Shown here: one piece after another, positions 15,898-23,631 of the stretch | Layout of the letters: each line of letters starts with the position of its first letter | How positions within the stretch are numbered: the first letter of the stretch is position 1 | Assembly (NCBI GenBank): GCA_016432285.1 | Contig: CP066682.1 | Location: 81,026 to 115,961, forward strand | Direction of reading: 5' to 3' | DNA length: 34,936 nt | Source: Candidatus Kaiserbacteria bacterium | Lineage (GTDB): Bacteria; Patescibacteriota; Minisyncoccia; Phycocordibacterales; UBA2100 | Position numbers and translations under genes: made by a program | Notes under the pieces: model-generated | The model's input: the letters and a program-made list of their open reading frames with translations, nothing else | Databases searched by the model: none | Told to the model about the DNA's origin: nothing

Positions 15898-18393
15898 TTA
15901 ATGGTCGTCATCTACCTCTTCGTCGACTGCTCGTGGATTTTCTGAGCGCAGCTGGGTGAGCGCGGCTCGCAGGCGGCTTGTCCCAATCCTACCCCGCGCT
16001 TTGCCGCGCACTTCTCCCGCGATGTGTTTTCCCTCGCCGGTTACCGTGTAAAAGACGCCGGCCGATTTTTTTCCTATGTACTCTGCCGCACCCTCGATAC
16101 CGCGTTGCTTCGATGCGACTTTGTTCTTACCCGCTTCGTTCGCTAGATTTTCCGTCTCCTTGTCGAATGCGTTGAGATTGCTTGTGGCGCTGCTGAGTTT
16201 TTGCTCCGCTTCTGTGAGATTTTTTTTCAGGTAATCAACCGTTTTTTGCGCTGATTGCACTTTCCTGTCCTCAGCCGCCTCCTGCGTCTTGCCTTCCTGC
16301 ACATGTGTATCAATCTGGCGCAATATGTCCGTGCGCTCCTCCTCTGTCCGCGCTTGCGAGAGATTTGCTTGCAGCGGCAAAATTCTTTCCTGCGTCGTTC
16401 TCCGGAGGGCCTGCTTGGCCCTTTCGGCTTCTGTTTGCATCCTCATCAGTTCCCTGCGTGCGGATGCCATCTGTCCGCCTTCGTCACGTTCGGCGCGTGC
16501 TTTCTCGGCCTCGTGTTCCGCTTTTGCGGATTCGTACGCGCGGCGGCGTTGCTGGCCCTCCTCGCTTGCTGAGCGCTCGCGGTATGTTTGCTGGCGTGCC
16601 TCGTCTTCGGTTTTCCTTCTTTCTGAAGGAGAGACGTCGAGTGCCTTGGATCGCTCTTCGCCCAACTTGATCCGCTCTTCGATTCCGTGCATGTAACCAG
16701 CTGCGGTACCCTTCGGTCGCTGACCCGCCGCGAGAGCAGAGAGTCCGATCGTTTTGGCAACTGACTTCGCCGTGTCCGAGTCGGCGATGTTGAAGCCCGA
16801 TTCCGCAATGTTTTTGGCTCGGCCTGCCCACAGCGCGTAACTGCCGGCGCGTTTTTCAAATTCTGAAGCTTCCTTCCTTTTAGCTTCCGCCTGCTCGATT
16901 CGGCCCGCCTTCTCGTCTCTAAGCGCTAATGTTCGTAGCTCACCCGCACGGCTTCGCTGTGCTTTGCCATCACTCAGCAGGGATTCACGTATTCCGTACG
17001 CCGCTCTCCCCGCTGTCTGGCGCATGACAGGTGCCACCCCGAATCTCCATGCGAGGCCCGGTGCGGCGAAGGCACCGTACTTGGCAAGACCTCGCAGCGC
17101 GGTCGAAACACCGCCGAATCCACTGATTGATGTCGCGAGATTGTTGGCGGCGTAGAAGGAGCCGTAGAGGAGCCCGAGAATGACGACGTACGCGAGCAGC
17201 GCTTCAAGATTCAGCGGCTGGGTTGGATTTGAAATCAAGGAGCCGAGCGTACCGCTTTTCGTGTTGACGCTGACCGCATCGGCGATGACGAGCGTGGCCC
17301 AGAGGAGTCCCATGAGTATCGGAGCGAGAAATGCGCTCTTCAGGAGCGACTTCCACCACGTGGTCCAACCAATATCGATTGTGTGGTGCGGTATGAGCCA
17401 GCTCGCAAAGGCCAGCGCTGAAGTGAGCATGATAAATACGAGCAACACGGCGCGCGTAACGAGAATGTAACACCCGTACAGCAGGACAAGCGCCGCGGCG
17501 GTGAAGAGTGTAGCCGTCACGAGGCCGAAGAGGAGCGCTGTCCAACCGCTCGCTGTTGCGTAGTTGTCCTCGCGGATGCCGAAGGACGCCGTCTTGAGTG
17601 CTTCGTACGTTTTGCCAACACCCTCGAGGCCGGCGAATTTTATGAATTGGCCGGCGATCCCCTTTTGCGAAAAGTCCCCCGTGAATTCGACACCATTCTG
17701 CCCTGCCCCCGAGCTCGTCGAGTAGAGCTCGCTCGCCTTGTAGAACTGCATGGCAACGAAGTTCGACGTGTCGATGATCACCTTGCTGAAAAGGAGGCTG
17801 AAATTGAGGAGCACGGCCACGATGAGGATGCGCGCGATCATTTTCTTCTCGCCGAAATCCTTTACTCCGAGGATGATGTTGATCGCGATAAAGACGAACA
17901 TGCCGATGATCACGATGTTGGCGATGTCGCGTATCGCACTCCAACCGATGTCGATCCCCTCGCGCACACCGGGCGTGAAAAGCGCACCGAATTGTATGAT
18001 TGTATGGTCGACTAAAAAGTTGAAGAATAGAGCCGCCACGGCAAGAAGCCATGCCGACATCGCGATCAGGGCAGATCCGATAAGCACGCTCAGCGTCCGT
18101 CCCCAACAGACGACATCGAATAGGCTCCAATACGAATCACATGTGGACGGCTGCTTCGCGTAATCCTTTGCAGCGTATGAGCCAGGCGGCCGACACGAAC
18201 CGCTGCCGACGTTGCCCGTGTCACTCACATCCGCGGGTGTCCACTCACCACCGGCGCTGGTGCACGCTTCTTGTGTCGTGGCCGCCCCTATCGCTGCCGC
18301 GTCTGGGGTCTTCTGCGCATGTGTGGTGAGGGGCGTCGCAGAGGTCCCGAGGATCAGGAGCATGAGCGAGAGCGCGAGAGCGGTTCGTTTCAT
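15898..18393 (-). CDS. Polytopic membrane protein, VirB6/TrbL-like, with a long charged coiled-coil C-terminal tail
   Basis: Preferred start ATG 18393 (MKRTALALSLMLLILGTSATPLTTHAQ, a signal peptide). About 8 or more hydrophobic helices in the first ~470 aa. The last ~350 aa are K/E/R/A/Q-rich (AEAKRKEASEFEKRAG...AEHEAEKARAERDEGG...). Confidence 0.5.
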   Translation of the reverse strand: MKRTALALSLMLLILGTSATPLTTHAQKTPDAAAIGAATTQEACTSAGGEWTPADVSDTGNVGSGSCRPPGSYAAKDYAKQPSTCDSYWSLFDVVCWGRTLSVLIGSALIAMSAWLLAVAALFFNFLVDHTIIQFGALFTPGVREGIDIGWSAIRDIANIVIIGMFVFIAINIILGVKDFGEKKMIARILIVAVLLNFSLLFSKVIIDTSNFVAMQFYKASELYSTSSGAGQNGVEFTGDFSQKGIAGQFIKFAGLEGVGKTYEALKTASFGIREDNYATASGWTALLFGLVTATLFTAAALVLLYGCYILVTRAVLLVFIMLTSALAFASWLIPHHTIDIGWTTWWKSLLKSAFLAPILMGLLWATLVIADAVSVNTKSGTLGSLISNPTQPLNLEALLAYVVILGLLYGSFYAANNLATSISGFGGVSTALRGLAKYGAFAAPGLAWRFGVAPVMRQTAGRAAYGIRESLLSDGKAQRSRAGELRTLALRDEKAGRIEQAEAKRKEASEFEKRAGSYALWAGRAKNIAESGFNIADSDTAKSVAKTIGLSALAAGQRPKGTAAGYMHGIEERIKLGEERSKALDVSPSERRKTEDEARQQTYRERSASEEGQQRRRAYESAKAEHEAEKARAERDEGGQMASARRELMRMQTEAERAKQALRRTTQERILPLQANLSQARTEEERTDILRQIDTHVQEGKTQEAAEDRKVQSAQKTVDYLKKNLTEAEQKLSSATSNLNAFDKETENLANEAGKNKVASKQRGIEGAAEYIGKKSAGVFYTVTGEGKHIAGEVRGKARGRIGTSRLRAALTQLRSENPRAVDEEVDDDH

Positions 18394-18394
18394 A

Positions 18395-20086
18395 TTATTT
18401 CTTCCAGCGCTCCGCCCACTGGCGGATGACATCGGGGTTGTTGACGTTGCACCAGCCGACGTTCGGGTCCGAAGAGTCGCCCCACGCCTTTGCGGTGTCC
18501 GTCTTCAGCGTGTTCATCGCTTCGTCGACGTCTTTCTTTTGCTCGCCCGCGCGCTGCGCGTCGTACTGCGTGTGCAGCAGCTTTTGGGCGACGAGTGAGT
18601 CGAGCTGCTGGAGCGCGAGCCGCTGCGCGTTCAGCGAGGCGGTGTTGGTCACGCTTGCGATGAGCTGCTCCACGAGCTGCACCGCTTTCTGCGCGGTCTT
18701 CACGTTTTCCTCCGCAATCTCGGAGAGCGACTTGATCTGCGAGTCGATCACCTGCTGCGAAAAGGCGAGCGTGCTCGTGGACGTGCGGATTTTCGTCTCG
18801 CTCAACTGGAACGGCACGCAGGTTTCCAAGGGCGGATTCGTCGTGGTGTCGGTGGAGCACTCGCCTTTGGCGGCGTACGCGCGCGCTTTCGGCTCGATCA
18901 GGGCCCAACATGCTTTCTCGGTGTTCTTAAGATCTGTCCCAGTTTGCGTGAGCTTCGTGGCGATGCCGTTGGTCGAGGCGAGGTAACTACCTTCCACCTC
19001 ACGCGATTTGTTGAGGATCGAGAGCGCGGCATTGACCGCCGCACCCACGACTCCCTGCGAAGACTCTTTGGCCACCTGGTCGAGGTACGACGGCTGCCCG
19101 CCGATGCTCTGGCGGAAACCAGCGAGACCGCGCGTGTCGCTCAAGGCCTGCGTCGTTACGCCCGAAAAGAGCGCGCCGATCATCTGCCCGATGTCGTTGG
19201 CGCTTTCAAGCTGGCGCACCGACGAGCCCAGGATTTGCTGGAACGATTCTTGTACGACCGAAGCAGGTGTCAGCACGTCATCTGAGAGCGGATCCGCTTC
19301 GTTGTTGGTGACCGGGTAGAAACCACGTCCCCAGTCCCACATCATGCGTGCGTACTCCCGCGACTGCGCGTTGCGCGACTCCGCGAGGTTGTCGAATCCG
19401 GCGGCGGTGAACACAGGGTTGCATCCGAAGGGGTTGGTTTGTGCAAGGATCGCCCCGATCACGTCGTCGCTTTTATTTTCGAGCGATTTCTCGATGTCCT
19501 TGAACGCGCACGAAAGGATGGATTCGGGCTGGCGAGAGCGTGTCTGGTATGCGCGCGCTGCGTACTTCTGGATCTCTTTGCGGAACGCAGGGACGAGCGC
19601 ATCGAGCGTGCCGTCGGTAAGAATCGAGTATTCGGATTTGTCGGAAATCGTGCGGAGCTCTTCGAGCGGATCCACCACGTATCGCTTGTTACCGTCTCTC
19701 CCGGTCTCCACGCTCTCGACGTTGCGCTTCAAGAGCGCCGACGCGGCGTTCTCGCGAAGGCGCACCTGCAAGGGCCGGAGCACGCATTCCTTGTAGGTGA
19801 TGATGCCCGTGTTGAGCGTAATCGCCGCGTCGTTGACGGGCACGTACACGCCGCCGATCGCCGCCTGCGTGCCGGCACTCATGTTGACGCCGCCGATCGT
19901 GTTGCATCCGAAGATGCCTTCGTTTTGAAACTGATACTTTGCGGCCTCCGAGGGAGGCGTCTCTTCCGTATTCTCGGTAGTCTGCGTTTCGGCATTTTCT
20001 TCCTGCGCTGCGACGAACGAGAGAGATCCGAAAAGAATCGCCAGGAGCAGCGCGAGGATCGACAGGTTTTTTGCGACCGATGTCAT
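18395..20086 (-). CDS. Exported 563-aa protein, Cys-containing, helical C-terminus, unknown family (T4SS-like operon)
   Basis: Signal peptide MTSVAKNLSILALLLAILFGSLSFVAAQ. ATGA overlap with the upstream gene at 20083-20086. Confidence 0.55.
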   Translation of the reverse strand: MTSVAKNLSILALLLAILFGSLSFVAAQEENAETQTTENTEETPPSEAAKYQFQNEGIFGCNTIGGVNMSAGTQAAIGGVYVPVNDAAITLNTGIITYKECVLRPLQVRLRENAASALLKRNVESVETGRDGNKRYVVDPLEELRTISDKSEYSILTDGTLDALVPAFRKEIQKYAARAYQTRSRQPESILSCAFKDIEKSLENKSDDVIGAILAQTNPFGCNPVFTAAGFDNLAESRNAQSREYARMMWDWGRGFYPVTNNEADPLSDDVLTPASVVQESFQQILGSSVRQLESANDIGQMIGALFSGVTTQALSDTRGLAGFRQSIGGQPSYLDQVAKESSQGVVGAAVNAALSILNKSREVEGSYLASTNGIATKLTQTGTDLKNTEKACWALIEPKARAYAAKGECSTDTTTNPPLETCVPFQLSETKIRTSTSTLAFSQQVIDSQIKSLSEIAEENVKTAQKAVQLVEQLIASVTNTASLNAQRLALQQLDSLVAQKLLHTQYDAQRAGEQKKDVDEAMNTLKTDTAKAWGDSSDPNVGWCNVNNPDVIRQWAERWKK

Positions 20087-20892
20087 GGTTTCTTTTGCTG
20101 CTGGTATTTCACGAGCGCGTCGAAGGCACTAAAAAGGCGCGTCTCGGCTTCGGTGTATGCGGTGATCAAGGCGGCGTTGGCGTACGGGTCGTCGACGTGT
20201 TCAGTCATGCTACCCACCACCGCGCCAAACTCCGAAAGAGAATTGAGCATGCCGATCTGCACGCTGACCGCATCAGCGGGCACGACGATCTTGGCGGCGC
20301 TCTTCACCGCAGCCTCGTAGTTGGCGGCGCTCTTTTGGAGCGCGGTCGCGTATTCGCTCCCGCCCGAATCGATTAGATTCGCGAATACCTTCAGCTCGTA
20401 CCCCTGATTTTGCATCAAGGGCTCGAGCGCGATCCGGAGGTCGTCGCGGTATTTCAGCATCCGCTCAAACGAGAGGTCTGCGTCGGTCGTGAGGTCGCTC
20501 GCGCGGAAGGTTTGGTACGACACTTTCGCCTGGAGCGTTGATCCAATGTCGGCACCGATCTCCTCGCCCGCGTCGACGCTGTAGGACCCGCTCTCTTGGA
20601 GCACCGCATACGATCCGAGGAGGGCGGAGAGGACGTTTTCGCCGATGTTGGAGATGCCGTCAGGGTCCGCGGACGCTGCCTCAGCCCCGAGGGCCGCCTG
20701 CCAATCGATCGAGCTAAAGGGGCTCTTGGCGGCCGTCTCAATCTGAAGCGGATTCGAGGCGCTCACCGTGTTGCCTCTCCCGAAGAGCGAGGCCACTTGC
20801 CAGCCGACGATGCCAAGGAGAGCGATCACCGAAAGAGCAGCAACGAAGGCCATGTGCGAAAAGGCCACGCTCCCCTGCGCGCTGTCTTGCAT
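20083..20892 (-). CDS. Single-pass membrane-anchored protein, unknown family (paralog-like to the 292-aa neighbour)
   Basis: TM AFVAALSVIALLGIVGWQVASLF. Own -10-like box upstream. Confidence 0.55.
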   Translation of the reverse strand: MQDSAQGSVAFSHMAFVAALSVIALLGIVGWQVASLFGRGNTVSASNPLQIETAAKSPFSSIDWQAALGAEAASADPDGISNIGENVLSALLGSYAVLQESGSYSVDAGEEIGADIGSTLQAKVSYQTFRASDLTTDADLSFERMLKYRDDLRIALEPLMQNQGYELKVFANLIDSGGSEYATALQKSAANYEAAVKSAAKIVVPADAVSVQIGMLNSLSEFGAVVGSMTEHVDDPYANAALITAYTEAETRLFSAFDALVKYQQQKKP

Positions 20893-20899
20893 TGCTTAA

Positions 20900-20905
20900 A
20901 GTATA
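20900..20905 (-). promoter_or_regulatory. -10-like TATACT, 7 nt before ATG 20892 (internal operon promoter)
   Basis: The reverse strand reads GGTTATACTTTAAGCAATG. Confidence 0.4.
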
Positions 20906-20959
20906 ACCGCCAAAGTGGATAACGCGGGGAAAAACAGGGGGACAAGCGGTGGGTATCCG

Positions 20960-21838
20960 CTAGAACGACGGGCTCGAGGAGAAGAGAAACACGCTTCCCG
21001 GTTCGTCCGACCTGAAGGTGACTCCCGAGATAGAAAAGAGGGTCGCGAGCGCGACGTAATTCTTGATAAAGGTCTCCACGCCGGTGTTGTATGCGAGCAT
21101 CGCCTTGAGCAGCTCATCGTCATTGGCGGCATTCGGGATCTGCGAGAGCTTGAGGCCGATCTCGATGTAGCTTTCGGCGAGATTTTTGTTGGCGCTTGCG
21201 GCCTGTGAGGGCACGAACTCGATCGCCCGGAGCGCGCGGCCCACACCGGAGAGCGAGGAGGCGAGCTCGACGAGGCGTCCGCGCTTTTCTTCGTCGTCGC
21301 GATCCTCAAACTGATCCTTGAGGACCTGCGGCATGTTGCGGTGCGTGTCTTCGAAGCTCTGGATCAGGGATCCGGCTTCGTTGCCGTACTCATAGAGCGC
21401 GCTTTGAGAAGCGGTGCGCGGCTTTTGGCTTTCCGTTTCGATACTGATCAGCGCCTTCGGTATGAATTCGTACGCGTCGAGGAGCGCCTCGCTCCCTCCG
21501 CCCGTAACTGCGGCCTTGCCAGCCTGTGCGAGTTCCTCAAGGAACGACTCGAACGCCGCGTTGGTGACGTCTTCGGCTGAGGCGTCGTTGCTGGAAACCG
21601 GCTGCCAGTTGAAGGGCGCTCCCTGCCGTACGCTCGTGTAGATATTTTGCGTATCGCTGCTCGTCTGCGCCCCAGCGCCGGAGAGTGGATTGAGGAGCGA
21701 ACCTCCGCCGCCCCAGGCACGAAGTCCCGAATCTCCTGAAACCGCCGAGCGATTGACCACGATGAGGAATCCGACAGCCAAGAGCAGCACCGTCGCGATG
21801 ATCGCGACGACGTACGGGTGCGAGCGAATCCACTGCAT
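20960..21838 (-). CDS. Single-pass membrane-anchored protein, unknown family; first gene of the T4SS-like operon
   Basis: TM YVVAIIATVLLLAVGFLIVV. 292 aa. Confidence 0.55.
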   Translation of the reverse strand: MQWIRSHPYVVAIIATVLLLAVGFLIVVNRSAVSGDSGLRAWGGGGSLLNPLSGAGAQTSSDTQNIYTSVRQGAPFNWQPVSSNDASAEDVTNAAFESFLEELAQAGKAAVTGGGSEALLDAYEFIPKALISIETESQKPRTASQSALYEYGNEAGSLIQSFEDTHRNMPQVLKDQFEDRDDEEKRGRLVELASSLSGVGRALRAIEFVPSQAASANKNLAESYIEIGLKLSQIPNAANDDELLKAMLAYNTGVETFIKNYVALATLFSISGVTFRSDEPGSVFLFSSSPSF

Positions 21839-21844
21839 GCTTGA

Positions 21845-21850
21845 AGCGTA
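21845..21850 (-). promoter_or_regulatory. -10-like TACGCT, 6 nt before ATG 21838 (operon promoter)
   Basis: The reverse strand reads GGTACGCTTCAAGCATG. Confidence 0.35.
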
Positions 21851-21913
21851 CCGTCTCGCCTCTCGCTCAGCAATCGTGTGCGCTGCGCTTCAGGAGCGCG
21901 CCCGCACTCCTGC

Positions 21914-21919
21914 TACAAT
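21914..21919 (+). promoter_or_regulatory. -10-like TACAAT, 6 nt before GTG 21926
   Basis: Read directly. Divergent from the T4SS-operon promoter within an 87-bp intergenic region. Confidence 0.4.
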
Positions 21920-21925
21920 AGAATC

Positions 21926-22849
21926 GTGAAAAAGATGCTTGCTGCTCTTGGTGCGCTCCTCGCGCTACTCCCGCTCACCGCCTCCGCATTTCCCTTCGGC
22001 GGGCGCGCGTCGACCGTGCTCGACTGCGTGTACAACTCGACCATTTACGTCAACCTTGGACCTCCGCGCGGGGGCGAATACATTTGGACAACGGGAACGA
22101 AGACGTATCAGTTCGGTCCTCCCCGCTCCTCCGGCCAGTGGATCCTGGGGCTTGCGGCGCCACCATACTATTGCATCTACAAAATCAGCCCGCTCACGAT
22201 CTACACCGGCATCGCGATCACCATGATGGGCTCGAGCGGCTCGGCGGCGCCGCCCGCACCTCCCACGGCGACTGGTCAGCAAATCAAAACGGTCGCACTC
22301 CCCTCCGGCGGCTCGGCGGTACCCTCTTCGGGCACACAAAGTGGCTCTTCCGGCTCGACCTCGATCGGTCGCGTGGTGATCAGCGAGGTGTACTACAACG
22401 TGGATTTGGATCACGGCTCCAAGCCGCAAGGTGAATGGGTAGAGCTCTACAACGGCTCGTCCGCCACGGTGAATCTCTCGGGATGGACGATCCGCGACTC
22501 CGCACTTTTCGACGCGCTCCCTGGGGGCACCATGCTTGCGCCGGGGTCCTTCCTCGTCGTGGGCGCGATATCGGCGACGCGCGCCTCGTGGGAGGTCCCG
22601 AGCGCGCAGTTCGTCTCGATCGAAAGCCCGATCGGCGACGGCCTTTCGAATACGGGCGACTCGCTCACGCTCCGCAACGCGGATGGCGCGGCCGTCGACG
22701 CCGTGTCGTGGGGATCCAACTCTTCGGCCTTCAATCCTGCGGCCGCTTCGGTCCCGTATGGCTCCTCGCTCGCCCGGAGCACGCTCACGAAGGACACCAA
22801 CACCGCGAACGACTGGATCTCGCGCGGCACGCCGACTCCCGGCAAGTGA
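21926..22849 (+). CDS. Exported lamin-tail-domain (LTD) protein
   Basis: Preferred start GTG 21926 (VKKMLAALGALLALLPLTASA, a signal peptide); ATG 21935 is the alternative. The C-terminal LTD signature is VVISEVYYNV...GEWVELYNGSSATVNLSGWTIRD...GDSLTLRNADGAAVDAVSWG. Confidence 0.75.
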   Translation: MKKMLAALGALLALLPLTASAFPFGGRASTVLDCVYNSTIYVNLGPPRGGEYIWTTGTKTYQFGPPRSSGQWILGLAAPPYYCIYKISPLTIYTGIAITMMGSSGSAAPPAPPTATGQQIKTVALPSGGSAVPSSGTQSGSSGSTSIGRVVISEVYYNVDLDHGSKPQGEWVELYNGSSATVNLSGWTIRDSALFDALPGGTMLAPGSFLVVGAISATRASWEVPSAQFVSIESPIGDGLSNTGDSLTLRNADGAAVDAVSWGSNSSAFNPAAASVPYGSSLARSTLTKDTNTANDWISRGTPTPGK

Positions 22850-22850
22850 T

Positions 22851-23630
22851 CTAAACAGACAATTCTTTCAGTAGGCGCTTCCACTCGGAAAGCCGGAGCT
22901 CTTCGGCACGGATTTTTTCCGACAGTTTGCATGCACGGAGCGCGCTACTCACTCGTTCTTTGCCGACGAGAGATCCGAGATTGCTCGCGAGGAACTTTCG
23001 CTTGGAGGAAAAGCCGACACGCACGGCCTCGAAGAAGCGATCTTCGTCGAGATCGGCAAAAAAGTCGCGCGAAATATGCTCGATGCCGAGAATCGCCGAA
23101 TCCACGGACGGTGGCGGCGAAAAATTGCCGCGCGATACTTTTTTCAGAATCTTCGGCGTGCCGTACGCCTTTACCGAAAGCGACAGGATGCTCTCGGTGC
23201 CGCTCACGATGCGCTGCGCCACCTCCTTTTGAATCAGTAAAAACATCGCGGCCGGCTGCGAGGGCGCAGTGAGGAACTGTCGGATAATCTCGCCGGTGAT
23301 GTAGTACGGGATATTGGCAGCGACGACGTACTTCCCCAACCTCGCTTCCTCCGGCCGAAAGTCGCGCACGTCGCCCTCGATCAGAGAGAGCTGCTTCGAT
23401 GCGATTTCGTCTGCAAACGTCTCCCGCAGCGCTCGCACGAGCACTTCGTCTTTCTCGACTGCCACGACCTGCTTGCCGGTGGCGAGGAGCTCGCGCGTGA
23501 GCGCGCCCGTGCCGGGGCCGATTTCGAGAGTGGTGTCCGCATCTTCCTTCGCGGCGGCAGCCGCGAGCGCGCGCGCCGCCCAGATTCCCGTGAGAAAGTG
23601 CTGTCCCAGCCGCGCCCCCTTTCTTTTCAT
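22851..23630 (-). CDS. rsmA: 16S rRNA (adenine1518/1519-N6)-dimethyltransferase
   Basis: RLGQHFL, SAM-binding LEIGPGTGALT, and NIPYYITGEI. Confidence 0.9.
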   Translation of the reverse strand: MKRKGARLGQHFLTGIWAARALAAAAAKEDADTTLEIGPGTGALTRELLATGKQVVAVEKDEVLVRALRETFADEIASKQLSLIEGDVRDFRPEEARLGKYVVAANIPYYITGEIIRQFLTAPSQPAAMFLLIQKEVAQRIVSGTESILSLSVKAYGTPKILKKVSRGNFSPPPSVDSAILGIEHISRDFFADLDEDRFFEAVRVGFSSKRKFLASNLGSLVGKERVSSALRACKLSEKIRAEELRLSEWKRLLKELSV

Positions 23631-23631
23631 A

